64,000 nucleotides of DNA from Thermodesulfovibrionales bacterium (GTDB lineage Bacteria; Nitrospirota; Thermodesulfovibrionia; Thermodesulfovibrionales; UBA6898). The position numbers and the translations under genes were made by a program. The notes beneath the pieces are model-generated. The model ran no database searches. It saw only the letters and a list, made by a program, of their open reading frames with translations, and was not told where the DNA came from. The stretch spans positions 1 to 64,000 of the forward strand of contig JBIOIY010000008.1 of NCBI GenBank assembly GCA_044450345.1. Direction: 5' to 3'. Numbering within the stretch: position 1 is the stretch's first letter; the number at the start of each line of letters is the position of its first letter. Shown here piece after piece: positions 11,048 to 20,327 of this stretch.

Positions 11048-11091
11048 GGAATGTGACGCAGGGAACATACTCTTAATTGATGAGGAAGGGA
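11048..11091 (+). repeat. Diverged copy of 10069-10112 (3' part of the repeat-protein gene)
   Basis: 40/44 identical by manual alignment; ECDAGNILLIDEEG vs ECEAGDILLFDEEG. Confidence 0.85.
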
Positions 11092-11100
11092 GAAGACAGT

Positions 11101-11658
11101 ATGAGAAGGGTGACGGTATTTAATCTCGTGACGCTTGACGGTTACTTTGCGGGCCGGGACGGAGATATATCCTGGCACAACGTGGATGAGGAGTTTCAGG
11201 AATTGGCCGAGGAGGCTTCAAATTCCGGCAATACGCTCTCATTCGGCCGCGTTACATACGAGCTTATGGCAGGCTACTGGCCCACTCAGGAGGCTATCAA
11301 AAAAGATCCCGTTGTGGCCGCCGGAATGAATAAAGCGGAAAAAATCGTATTCTCCCGCACTCTTGACAAGGTCGATTGGAACAACACGAGGCTTGTGAAG
11401 GATGATCTGCTTGCAGAAGTCCGCAAATTGAAGCGGCAGTCGGGAAAGGACCTGACCGTGCTGGGAAGCGGCAGCATCGTTTCACAATTGGCGCAGGCGG
11501 GCCTGATAGATGAATATCAGATACTGCTTAATCCCGTTGTCATCGGAAAGGGGAAAACTATGTTCGAGGGCATCAAAGAGAAGATCAACCTCAGGCTGAC
11601 GAAGACGCGGACATTCAAAAGCGGCAACGTCTTGTTAAGCTACGAACCGATGAAGTAG
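11101..11658 (+). CDS. Dihydrofolate reductase family (RibD C-terminal domain) protein
   Basis: VTLDGYFAG, FGRVTYE, KIVFSRTL, LGSGSIV, LIDEY..NPVVIGKG. Confidence 0.92.
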   Translation: MRRVTVFNLVTLDGYFAGRDGDISWHNVDEEFQELAEEASNSGNTLSFGRVTYELMAGYWPTQEAIKKDPVVAAGMNKAEKIVFSRTLDKVDWNNTRLVKDDLLAEVRKLKRQSGKDLTVLGSGSIVSQLAQAGLIDEYQILLNPVVIGKGKTMFEGIKEKINLRLTKTRTFKSGNVLLSYEPMK

Positions 11659-12021
11659 GGGGGGAAAGATAATTCCTGTCAGAGACATAAAAAAGATGCG
11701 GGGATTTCTCAAGGGCATCGATACTACCGTTACAAGGGAAAAACACTAAGGTATAAGAGCAGCCTCCGCTCCTTCCTCGCAGTGGTCCGGCCTGAGCCCT
11801 GGTTATCAGCCTGCATCAACTTTACCTTAAAGGTTGGAAAATCCCGAGGGTGTTTCTTTCGGTCATTCTAGCGAAAAAAGATCCGATGACAGATACTCAC
11901 AGAAACCAAAACTCCAGAGAATACTGACAATTCTGCGGGTTAGCAGCCGAATTTGTTACAAGGTAGACTCGACGTTCATCCGTGACCACAAGAATAAAGC
12001 CCCGGCTCCTTTGCCATCCCT

Positions 12022-12957
12022 CTATTTCTCAGTTCTGTGTACGTTATCGTGGCATACAGTGCACAAAGTGGTAAGGTTTTCTTCTATATTTTCTCCGCCC
12101 TTCACATGATGTTTGATGTGATGCAGTTCCAGATGTCTTGGATCGGAGGAATTCCATTGCTCATGCGTCCAGCTGCACTTTTGACACTTATACTTATCCC
12201 GAACAAGCACAGCGCGTCTCACAGGGTCGGGGATTTTGCGGTCATGAGCAGGACTTTGCCTAGCTTGTTCAAGAAAGTATACTCCTATCGGCAGATCGGG
12301 TCTACCGGTATTACGGGTAACTATCGGCCACCCTTGCTCTGTCCTTAATTCGCGGACCCTTCGCGCCCACTCCGTCTTGTTGTTTGCCACATACCGGAGT
12401 TCCTCCCCGGTAAAGGGACGACCGACATTCGCCAGCAGAAATTCTTCAATTTTCTTCTGCACGCTTATTTTTTTCTTGCGTATATCGTTAGCAATGCGCC
12501 AACGCAGCGCTGCTTCTCGGTCCTGTTCTTCGTCCAACAGAATGTATTCCTCTGGTTTTAACAAGTCGACAGCCAAATCCCCGGGGGCGATTTCATCTTC
12601 ATCCAACATTTCATTTAGCGTAACCCCGGAGGCAATGGCCCACCCATATTCCTTGCGCAGTTCTCTTATTCGCCTCGGCCAATCCTGAATGCCGGAAACT
12701 ACCATCACCTCGTCTCCATGAATGACAGTCTTCGGATACTTACGAAAGTAGGCAAGAATTCTGGCTAGCGCCGCAGAAGATTCTTCGTGAGGCATAAGTG
12801 AACACCCGAGATCACGAATTAAGTGAAAAGCGGGAATTAAAGACAATACCCTCTCCCGAAGATCGTGTTTCTTCAACTGATCTTTGAAATTGACAAGGAC
12901 CTCGATAAGTTGAGTTCTAATTTCTTCGGGTACGGCCCGGTTCGGTCTTCTCGGCAC
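12022..12957 (-). CDS. HNH endonuclease, probable restriction endonuclease with a duplicated N-terminal motif
   Basis: W(P/A)RR(I/V)RELR twice; C-terminal CxxC...HHIKHHVKGGEN...NLTTLCTVCHDNVH. Confidence 0.85.
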   Translation of the reverse strand: MPRRPNRAVPEEIRTQLIEVLVNFKDQLKKHDLRERVLSLIPAFHLIRDLGCSLMPHEESSAALARILAYFRKYPKTVIHGDEVMVVSGIQDWPRRIRELRKEYGWAIASGVTLNEMLDEDEIAPGDLAVDLLKPEEYILLDEEQDREAALRWRIANDIRKKKISVQKKIEEFLLANVGRPFTGEELRYVANNKTEWARRVRELRTEQGWPIVTRNTGRPDLPIGVYFLEQARQSPAHDRKIPDPVRRAVLVRDKYKCQKCSWTHEQWNSSDPRHLELHHIKHHVKGGENIEENLTTLCTVCHDNVHRTEK

Positions 12958-12973
12958 TATTCCTTCTTTCTCA

Positions 12974-13378
12974 TTACTTCATGAAGTCTATAATGTTACC
13001 TTTGAGTTTTTCAATATTTTTTGTCTGACATTGCCAGATTACAAGTACTTGCCATCCCATTTTCTTTAGCTGCTTTGCTGTTCGTTGATCTCGTTCCTTA
13101 TTCTTTGAAATTTTGCTTATCCAAAACTCTTTGTTGCTTTCCGGCAGAGCGCCTCTCTTACATGGTTTGTGCCCATGCCAGAAGCACCCATGAACAAAGA
13201 TAATCTTGTGGTGTCGTGGCAACACAATGTCGGGACTGCCGGGCAGATCCTTTCTGTGCAACCGAAACCGGTACCCCATCATGTGGACAAGAGACCGGAC
13301 AAGTCGTTCGGGAGCCGTATCGGCACCCTTTATGCGAGACATTATCCAACTGCGCTTGTCTTTCTTAAAGACGTCCAT
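12974..13378 (-). CDS. vsr: Very short patch repair endonuclease
   Basis: RSWIMSRIK..DTAPE, LPGSPDIV, FVHGCFWHGH. Confidence 0.95.
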   Translation of the reverse strand: MDVFKKDKRSWIMSRIKGADTAPERLVRSLVHMMGYRFRLHRKDLPGSPDIVLPRHHKIIFVHGCFWHGHKPCKRGALPESNKEFWISKISKNKERDQRTAKQLKKMGWQVLVIWQCQTKNIEKLKGNIIDFMK

Positions 13379-14600
13379 GCTTTTGCTTCTTCCCGGAGGT
13401 CAAAAGCACATGAACGATATCGGCAATACGAGCCGCCAACAGCGGAGGCACAGCGTTGCCTATCTGCTTGGCTATCTCTATTTTACTGCCCTTAAAGACA
13501 AACGAATCCGGAAAGCTCTGAAGTCTGGCCGCCTCGCGGTGAGTTATCGGTCTATGCTGCAAGGGGTGAAGGTAACGGCCCTTCTCAGGTTTGAAAAATT
13601 CCGTTCTTATCGTAAAAGCTGGTCTATCCCACCACAATCGGCCGAAAAGGTCTGTTCCTCCCGATGTCTTTCTTATCCAGCACTCAGGAGTTAGTTTAGG
13701 CAGTCGCCTTTGTAAGTCGAACCTGTTCATGCCTTCCTTTGGAATGGCTTTGTAACGCTTGAGGCTCATCGGCGTCGGTGTTCTTCCGAAGTGAAGATCA
13801 AGAGGCGGAGGCACATCCCGAAGTTGCGTGCCCACTGGCGGCGGCAGATCGGCAATGGCGTCCCGCACAGTCATCCATCTCTGCGGACCCGGCAAGAAAT
13901 CTTCATTTCCAGCAAAATTCAGACCGGGCTGAAAGCCGTTGCCCTTCGGATTGAAATGTGTCCGCCTCGGTGGAAAAACATAGCTGGGATCAGAATTTTT
14001 GGCTCCTACTATAACTGCGCGCCAGCGAGTCTGGGGGACGCCATAGTCTGCAGCGCAAAGTTTGCCGTGCCAAACCTTAAACCCAAGCTCCTCGGCTATC
14101 CCTACAATCTCTCCGTGCTCGAAAGTGCCAAGAAGTTGCGGGACGTTTTCGATAACAAATACGGTCGCTCCCGATCTCTCCACAATCTCAAGAAAAGGTC
14201 TCCATAATTGGTTTCTCGGATCGTTCTCCTTCTTCTTGTTGAGCAGGCTGAAACCCTGGCAGGGCGGCCCACCTATGACTACGTCCGCGCGAGGGATGTT
14301 GACTGAGGGGTCCTGCAAAATGTCCACGATATCGCCGGTCAGGCAATGGTTGCCGAAGTTGGCGTTATAGGTGTCAACACAATATTTGTTAAAGTCGTTG
14401 GCCCAGACAGACTTGAAATGATGCCCGAATCGTTCCGTAAACCCGAGGGTCATACCCCCGGCCCCGCAAAAGAGGTCGATTAACTTGAAGACCGTTCGCG
14501 GCTTTGGGAGGGCTTCCTTCACCCTGGCCTTGTATACAGCCTGATCTTCCTTTAGCAGTAGCTTTTCTGTGAATATTTCTGTTGTGTATGACTTGCTCAT
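13365..14600 (-). CDS. DNA cytosine-C5 methyltransferase
   Basis: DLFCGAGG, GGPPCQGFS, ENV, QTRWR, REAARLQSFP, QIGNAVP. Confidence 0.96.
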   Translation of the reverse strand: MSKSYTTEIFTEKLLLKEDQAVYKARVKEALPKPRTVFKLIDLFCGAGGMTLGFTERFGHHFKSVWANDFNKYCVDTYNANFGNHCLTGDIVDILQDPSVNIPRADVVIGGPPCQGFSLLNKKKENDPRNQLWRPFLEIVERSGATVFVIENVPQLLGTFEHGEIVGIAEELGFKVWHGKLCAADYGVPQTRWRAVIVGAKNSDPSYVFPPRRTHFNPKGNGFQPGLNFAGNEDFLPGPQRWMTVRDAIADLPPPVGTQLRDVPPPLDLHFGRTPTPMSLKRYKAIPKEGMNRFDLQRRLPKLTPECWIRKTSGGTDLFGRLWWDRPAFTIRTEFFKPEKGRYLHPLQHRPITHREAARLQSFPDSFVFKGSKIEIAKQIGNAVPPLLAARIADIVHVLLTSGKKQKHGRL

Positions 14601-14869
14601 AGTTTTCTTTGACTATCCGGCACTTATTAATCTACAACATTCTTTAGGTTTATATAAATCGGGATGGGTCCCAGGGAATATCAAGAAGGAATTTAATATA
14701 TAGAGCTACTCTGTGGTAACTTTCTGCGTAGTATGTCAGCGCTACCCAAATAGAAGATTGATAGATCAGAAAGTTGGACGTACTACCCAATTCAAAAAAA
14801 ACTTGAATCCTGGTCTCCTCCACATCAATATACTCTTGCAAACGGCTAATTTCCACCGTATTCATATAT

Positions 14870-16813
14870 TTATCTATTAAAGCTGAACGCCAAGACGTAA
14901 TTCCCTTCCGGAAATCTTAATTGCGGCCACCAGACTGCAACTTTGCTACCCGCTGCTTCCTGCCTATAAATAAACAGAGTTGGCGCGTTTTCCGCGGCCA
15001 ATTTATCTTCGCCCCCGGTCAAAATACCTTGCGTTTCCCGTCTGGGTTCTTGAGCTTTTCTTCCCCGTCTGACCACAATATAAGCCCTGTTACTATGCTG
15101 GATAGCCTTGATCGTCTCCAAGGCTGTCTTAATGGTTTTCTTATTCCAAAGCTCTACTCCATACGACGGATCAGGTTCGCATTTCTCCAGTAATTCAATT
15201 AAGAAATCAATGGTCGTTACTTCCCCCCCAGAGACCCCATCATATTGGGTTAATTTTTCATCCAGCCACCCTGTATTCTTCAACATTTCTGCAGTCCGTA
15301 AGGGATAAGACGGGTTGTAACTGCGTCCGGCAACGTAAATGCCAATGGAGTTAGGGTCCAGCACGTTCTTTCGGGTGGCTTGCATCGGGGCCGATATATA
15401 TATGCCTTCAAAGTTGCCTGTTGGGTATCTTTGGACTAAGTCACGCAACGCACTCTCCATCTGGTGAATCAGCCTAAAATGGTCGGCCAGTCGCTCCGGT
15501 AGAAATAGTCTAGTGATGCCAAGATCTTTTTTCCGGTAGCCGTACATCCGCGCATGCTGCAAAACAGTATCGGCATTCGGCTGCTTAGGGTTCCGTCCAT
15601 AGTAACTGACAAGCAGATTTTTGATTGTTACGCCTCTGCCAAGCTTATTCCCGCCGATAAATATATTATATGCCGCATCCAGCTTTATCTCTTCATTTGA
15701 TGACGCATTTACGAGTCTGATATTGGCACCGCGAATGTAAAATGCAATTTGCTCGACTATTTGATCAAATTGAGGCAAATCACGTTCAGTCTTCGAAAGC
15801 TCCTCATAAGCTTGCTTCAGGTCTTTAATAAGCTTGACGTATTGCTGGGAGGTCTTATTTTGTAATGTCTTTGCCGTGACTTCCTTAAAGCGATCTATCA
15901 GCGCAACAATATGCTCGTGATCTTTAGTATTCATGCTCACATGACAAAGAAAAGCATAGCTGTGATCAGCTGCCTGAATAATTCGGGACGTGGCCGCAAT
16001 CAAGAAAGTATAGAGCGCCCTTCGCAATCCGGCGGGCACGGTTCCTGTCGGTGATGGTTGATTTGTCGCCCTTAGCAATTCGACTTCTTCCAACTCAACG
16101 TATTCTATCAACGGGCTGTCCGGTTCGAAAAATGCCTCGCCGCCGACATAACCCAGGCCGGGTTCGCTCAGCACCGTAAATGACGGTCTATACCGATTGT
16201 CGGGGCGCTGAAGAAATAACGCCTGCGGTGTGGCAGTAACTTGCAAATACGTATTCATCGGGAAATAATTGCGGAATTCAGTAATAACTTCATTTATCCT
16301 ACTGAGTCGGTCGCCCCCTTTGCTGGTCTTGGTATTGAGACTGGCCTGATCCGCCTCATCATCAACAATCAAAGTTGACAGTCCCTTGGCACGTGCAGTT
16401 TTAAAGGCATTGAGCAGACTATGCAGAACACGTCCGTTTTTTGAGCATACGACAACAAAGGGTGTCGTTCGCAATTGCCTTTCAAACCGACTTGCATCTT
16501 TCCAGTCCTTTTTGCCGAGAACGCTGAGCCCCCGGAGCGCTCTGCGTACCCTCTCCAATGTTTGCTCATACAAAAGATCTATGTCTGAAGTAAGAATTAC
16601 TACGCATTGGAATCCGTTGTCAACCGCGACTGCCGTTGCTACTGTGATTATGCTGGTCTTCCCGCTTTGTATGAGTCCATACAAGAGGCCGTCACTCGGC
16701 TGATCCGGCGGTCCAGCGATTGGGTCCACAGAGCGCGTAACAACCTGTACGGCTTTTTCCAGAATAGCCTCTAATGAGTCACGCGATAATTCGGCCCCTA
16801 ATATTTTCAACAC
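14870..16813 (-). CDS. Z1-domain protein with N-terminal SF2 helicase-like ATPase
   Basis: GLIQSGKT, IVDDEADQAS, QVTATP, GGNKLGRGVTI, DTVLQHARMYGYR. Confidence 0.88.
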   Translation of the reverse strand: MLKILGAELSRDSLEAILEKAVQVVTRSVDPIAGPPDQPSDGLLYGLIQSGKTSIITVATAVAVDNGFQCVVILTSDIDLLYEQTLERVRRALRGLSVLGKKDWKDASRFERQLRTTPFVVVCSKNGRVLHSLLNAFKTARAKGLSTLIVDDEADQASLNTKTSKGGDRLSRINEVITEFRNYFPMNTYLQVTATPQALFLQRPDNRYRPSFTVLSEPGLGYVGGEAFFEPDSPLIEYVELEEVELLRATNQPSPTGTVPAGLRRALYTFLIAATSRIIQAADHSYAFLCHVSMNTKDHEHIVALIDRFKEVTAKTLQNKTSQQYVKLIKDLKQAYEELSKTERDLPQFDQIVEQIAFYIRGANIRLVNASSNEEIKLDAAYNIFIGGNKLGRGVTIKNLLVSYYGRNPKQPNADTVLQHARMYGYRKKDLGITRLFLPERLADHFRLIHQMESALRDLVQRYPTGNFEGIYISAPMQATRKNVLDPNSIGIYVAGRSYNPSYPLRTAEMLKNTGWLDEKLTQYDGVSGGEVTTIDFLIELLEKCEPDPSYGVELWNKKTIKTALETIKAIQHSNRAYIVVRRGRKAQEPRRETQGILTGGEDKLAAENAPTLFIYRQEAAGSKVAVWWPQLRFPEGNYVLAFSFNR

Positions 16814-16822
16814 TTCACATGA

Positions 16823-17269
16823 TCAAGCCCTCCTACATTTAATTTTGGATACCGGCTCAAAAACAATCGAAGGCCATCGTTGCAAGGCAATCTTTTTTTC
16901 AAGCAATCCTTTCGGTCCCGCAACGCCGTATTGCTCTTTAAAATTTCGCCTAACAGCTATCCACTCAGGATTGTCCCCCATTATGTCGTGTAATTCTTCT
17001 GTATGTATAGCACACACGCCGTCGCCACCACAGACCAATGCGATTACAATCTTAGCGTTTTCCTTACAGAACGTTTCTATGCTGATCATTTCATCGAGAG
17101 TAAAACTAAATCTCCAAGGGGTTCTGTTTTTCGTCGAATATTTTAACAGCACGACCATATCATCATTGATTATATATCCCAATGCGTGTTTCTTAATCGA
17201 CACAAATCGAGCATCTTCAAGTACTCGAATCAAAGCTGCTCCGTGATAATATTCTTGTTTATCAATCAT
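16823..17269 (-). CDS. Hypothetical protein coupled to the nuclease and Z1 genes
   Basis: ATGA overlap with the upstream gene; YHGAAL, LKYSTK..PWRFSF, LVCGGDG. Confidence 0.7.
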   Translation of the reverse strand: MIDKQEYYHGAALIRVLEDARFVSIKKHALGYIINDDMVVLLKYSTKNRTPWRFSFTLDEMISIETFCKENAKIVIALVCGGDGVCAIHTEELHDIMGDNPEWIAVRRNFKEQYGVAGPKGLLEKKIALQRWPSIVFEPVSKIKCRRA

Positions 17270-18753
17270 ATGGCCAGTTTACCCCTATACCCGCTAAATC
17301 GGCTCAACCACTCAAACACCGCCCAGGTTGCCTTCAAATCCTCTTCGTTATATTTGAGAATATCATTCATAATATCCCGTCTTTTCTGTTCATCCTCCGT
17401 CTCAACCGCCTCGATATACTTCGCAATCGACCAGTCGCCGCCGTATTCTTCCTGCGTTCTCTTGAAGCCGACATGTTTTTCGACGACCTTGAGGCTATAG
17501 CTCGGCTGAGGCAATATGACCGCATCTCTCGTTATTGGCAACAGATCAACAAGGTTAGCCAGCACTCTATCGGCGATTCCATCTATGTCGCCATAACGTT
17601 TTATGTATGTGTTTATTTTTGTCTTCTCGTAATGATGCCAATGTACAAAGGGGATGTCTCCATATTCGGCAAATATCTTTCCCGCAATCTTCAGAAAATC
17701 TTTCCAGCCTTTATTGTCTCCATCGATGCCAGTTTCGGCGAGTGAATAAAGAAATCCACTCGGCTTCTCACCGAATACCTGCATCCCCCAAAGATAGATT
17801 TTATCCAGCTCGTCCAACTGCGGAGGCAACCCTTCGAGATCGAACATCACGTAATTCTTCGAAGACGGAATTTCCGGTCTCTTGACGACAATCTCTTTAT
17901 TTTCGAGCATTGCCTTCGCCTGCAAGATTATTCCCCCGGCTTTCTTCCCGACCTTTTGTTCCCGCGCTCCCCACGGTCGCTTCAGTTCCGACAGGCTGCT
18001 CTCATCGTATTTCGTCGCAAGGTCCTTGATCGTCGAGACTCCCAATTCCCTTAACCGTCTCGCAAGCCCCTGGTCAACATCCGGAAGGAGTGCCACTGAC
18101 TGAGACTCTTCAGCCCGTTTAACGCAAAAATCATTGTACCCGCATCCTCCGCACTTGGACCATCCCACGGGCGAATAGGGCTCTTCCGGCAAAGTAATGA
18201 TTTTTAACAAGCCGCGCAATTGTGAAAGGGCGGCAGCTTCACCCTCGTAATCGATCCGTTCAATATCACCATCGCCCTTTAGCACCTCAAGCCGCAATGG
18301 ACGTTTGCCGGTCGTTTTTTCAAAAAGCCAGCCGTATATTTGCAACTGTCTGGGTATCTCAGGATGGTCTTTTTCGGAGGCATGGCGGGCGAGTTTGCAG
18401 TCTCGGACCAAATACCCTTCCCCTTCTTTGATTAAAAAGTCCGGAATGCCGACAACCTCTATCATTCTACCGTCAATTTGGACGTTGGAGTTCAGCGAGC
18501 CCTGATAAATAACAGGGCTTCCTTTCCGAATTTCTTCTAGCGACTTTTCAGCGGGCATGCCCGTCAGATCGAAGAATTCGGGGAAGGTTGCAAGGTGGTT
18601 CTTCTCATGTCTTTTCCCAAGCCGGAAAATGACCTGCTCGAACGCCCCCGGTGGGGCAGGCTCGACCCCTTTACAATTAAGATAAAGCCGCAGTTCACAC
18701 GATGAAGGGCTGTAAAGGCTATAAAAATACGAAGGTGTGATTTGTAAGGTCAT
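17266..18753 (-). CDS. TM0106-family RecB-like nuclease with C-terminal RNase H-like domain
   Basis: GIPDFL..DCKLA..QLQIY (PD-(D/E)XK type), CGGCGYNDFC, FDLEG, YSLKVVE, YNEEDL. Confidence 0.88.
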   Translation of the reverse strand: MTLQITPSYFYSLYSPSSCELRLYLNCKGVEPAPPGAFEQVIFRLGKRHEKNHLATFPEFFDLTGMPAEKSLEEIRKGSPVIYQGSLNSNVQIDGRMIEVVGIPDFLIKEGEGYLVRDCKLARHASEKDHPEIPRQLQIYGWLFEKTTGKRPLRLEVLKGDGDIERIDYEGEAAALSQLRGLLKIITLPEEPYSPVGWSKCGGCGYNDFCVKRAEESQSVALLPDVDQGLARRLRELGVSTIKDLATKYDESSLSELKRPWGAREQKVGKKAGGIILQAKAMLENKEIVVKRPEIPSSKNYVMFDLEGLPPQLDELDKIYLWGMQVFGEKPSGFLYSLAETGIDGDNKGWKDFLKIAGKIFAEYGDIPFVHWHHYEKTKINTYIKRYGDIDGIADRVLANLVDLLPITRDAVILPQPSYSLKVVEKHVGFKRTQEEYGGDWSIAKYIEAVETEDEQKRRDIMNDILKYNEEDLKATWAVFEWLSRFSGYRGKLAI

Positions 18754-19049
18754 CGATCCGTCCCCATTTTACCAGCCAAACTTCTTCCATCTCTCTCTGA
18801 CAATCCCGCTCCCTCAGCAAAGATTTTCATTATGATATGCCAGGAGTGTTGGAAAGCGCAATAGCGGCTGGAAGCAATTTTTCAATAGTGCCTTCGTATC
18901 AATAAATGGGGACAGCGCCGATTGTCAGTTCCAATAGGAAATTCTCGTTTCGGAGACGGTCGTTTCAGCGCAGTTATAAGGTGTTCTTCTGCCTTTTCCT
19001 CGTCTCCGTTATATCGCGGGAAATATCGGGTAGTGGGTCAGACCTTCCC

Positions 19050-19230
19050 TTTCCCCTCAACGCCCGAATCAGGCCATTCAATACCTTCTCGGGTTCGACG
19101 ATCTTTGGTTCTAACAGTTCCGTATCCTGGTCGCGCAAGAACCCCAAGCGCTTTGACAAACCTATTTGATAATGCAGTTCCCTCCGTGATCCGAACGCCA
19201 TATGAAGGAATCGAAGGTAATCTGCCTGGA
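19050..19230 (-). pseudogene. Four-helix-bundle protein, C-terminal fragment
   Basis: DYLRFLHMAFGSRRELHYQIGLSKRLGFL...KVLNGLIRAL; N-terminus absent. Confidence 0.75.
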
Positions 19231-19237
19231 GTCTCTT

Positions 19238-19320
19238 AAGCTTGATGTCGCAAATTGCGACTTCGAGTTTGTCCACTCCGCAGAGGTTAACTGAAAAGCG
19301 AAATCCGCAGGAAATCTGTC
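19238..19320 (-). pseudogene. ORF6N-domain protein, internal fragment
   Basis: DRFPADFAFQLTSAEWTNSKSQFATSS, compare [26 protein letters not shown] at 58.6 kb. Confidence 0.75.
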
Positions 19321-19379
19321 GCTTATCAACCTCTTATAGGAAACGGTTCGGTTGTGGTAAAATTGCATGTGAGGTTTTT

Positions 19380-19673
19380 ATGACTGAAACCCAGACAATA
19401 ATCAGAGAGATCGAGAAGGGTCTGCCTGTTCTCAGAGATAAGTATGGGATCAGAAAGATCGGCATCTTCGGTTCCTATCTACGCGGAGAACAGAAGAGGA
19501 AAAGCGATCTGGATATTTTGGTGGATTTTGAAAAGACGGTGTCGTTCTTTGAGTTTCTCGCATTGGAAGGCGAGTTAAGCAGGCTTACCGGCAAGAAAGT
19601 GGATCTCGTGATGAAAACTGCGCTGAAGCCTGGAATCGGGAAACATATTCTTCGCGAGGTTGTGTATCTTTGA
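19380..19673 (+). CDS. Minimal nucleotidyltransferase (MNT antitoxin)
   Basis: GIFGSYLRGEQ..SDLDILV, KVDLV. Confidence 0.9.
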   Translation: MTETQTIIREIEKGLPVLRDKYGIRKIGIFGSYLRGEQKRKSDLDILVDFEKTVSFFEFLALEGELSRLTGKKVDLVMKTALKPGIGKHILREVVYL

Positions 19674-19696
19674 GGAAGCGGGAGTTTGCCGACTAA
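19670..19696 (+). pseudogene. Probable HEPN/DUF86 toxin stub (MRKREFAD*)
   Basis: TTGA overlap with the MNT stop; 8 codons resembling a DUF86 N-terminus. Confidence 0.5.
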
Positions 19697-19825
19697 CGCC
19701 GACCGCCCTTCTGTTTTTGACATTCTAATTTGGAATCTCAAAGAGTCAGCTTCTTCTTGTGCGGGTTATGCATGGTACAATTTACAACAAGAGACTCATA
19801 TGCCTGTGAAGGTAATACAAAAGCG

Positions 19826-19852
19826 ATCAGCTATCAGCAATCAGCAATCAGC
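19826..19852. repeat. Heptamer tandem repeat (ATCAGC[T/A]) x4
   Basis: atcagct atcagca atcagca atcagc. Confidence 0.8.
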
Positions 19853-19867
19853 GCTAAAATTAAGACT

Positions 19868-20251
19868 GTGAATCGCAATAAACAAAAGATAAGAATCATA
19901 ATTAAGGATATCGTGCTCGATGCCGAGCTTTTCGAGACCGCGACGGCAAAGGCCGTTGCCGCTTCGCTTCCTATTGAAGTGAAACCCAATAAATGGGGAG
20001 ACGAGTTTTATTTCGAAATCCCGGTCAGGATGCCCCTCGATGACTCTGCAACGACAAAGGTATCGGTCGGCGACATAGGCTATTGGCCGCCGGGCAACGC
20101 TCTTGCAATCTTTTTCGGGCCGACTCCTATGAGCAAGGGCCCTGAGCCGGTACCTGCAAGCGAAGTAAATATCGTAGGGAGGATCGCCGGCGACGCAACT
20201 ATTTTAAGAAGGGCAAAAGGTTCGTCGTTCATAAGACTTGAGAGATCCTGA
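19868..20251 (+). CDS. Cyclophilin-like fold protein (DUF369/TM1367-like)
   Basis: WGDEFYF, GDIGYWPPGNALAIFFGPTP; start uncertain. Confidence 0.85.
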   Translation: MNRNKQKIRIIIKDIVLDAELFETATAKAVAASLPIEVKPNKWGDEFYFEIPVRMPLDDSATTKVSVGDIGYWPPGNALAIFFGPTPMSKGPEPVPASEVNIVGRIAGDATILRRAKGSSFIRLERS

Positions 20252-20327
20252 TCATCCGGGTTAGGGCGCGTCCCAAGGAAGCGATAGTATCTTCCCGCCG
20301 GGTAATTGTACTATACTTCCTTTTATC

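Noticed and set aside
11750..11815. attC site at the left border of the RM island
   Set aside because: A TAAC box exists, but no matching GTT box with paired L boxes could be built
13365..14600. Assigning a recognition sequence or enzyme name to the RM system
   Set aside because: Needs REBASE comparison or methylome data; cannot be read from the sequence alone
14650..14865. 71-aa ORF between the Z1 gene and the MTase
   Set aside because: Position fits an operon remnant, but there is no motif or clear RBS, so it is not supportable as a gene
17266..18753. Cas4 of a CRISPR system
   Set aside because: The RecB-like domain is fused to an RNase H-like domain (TM0106 architecture); no cas1, cas2 or array
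18974..19276. Intact 100-aa gene
   Set aside because: Chimera of an out-of-frame ORF6N piece and a four-helix-bundle fragment
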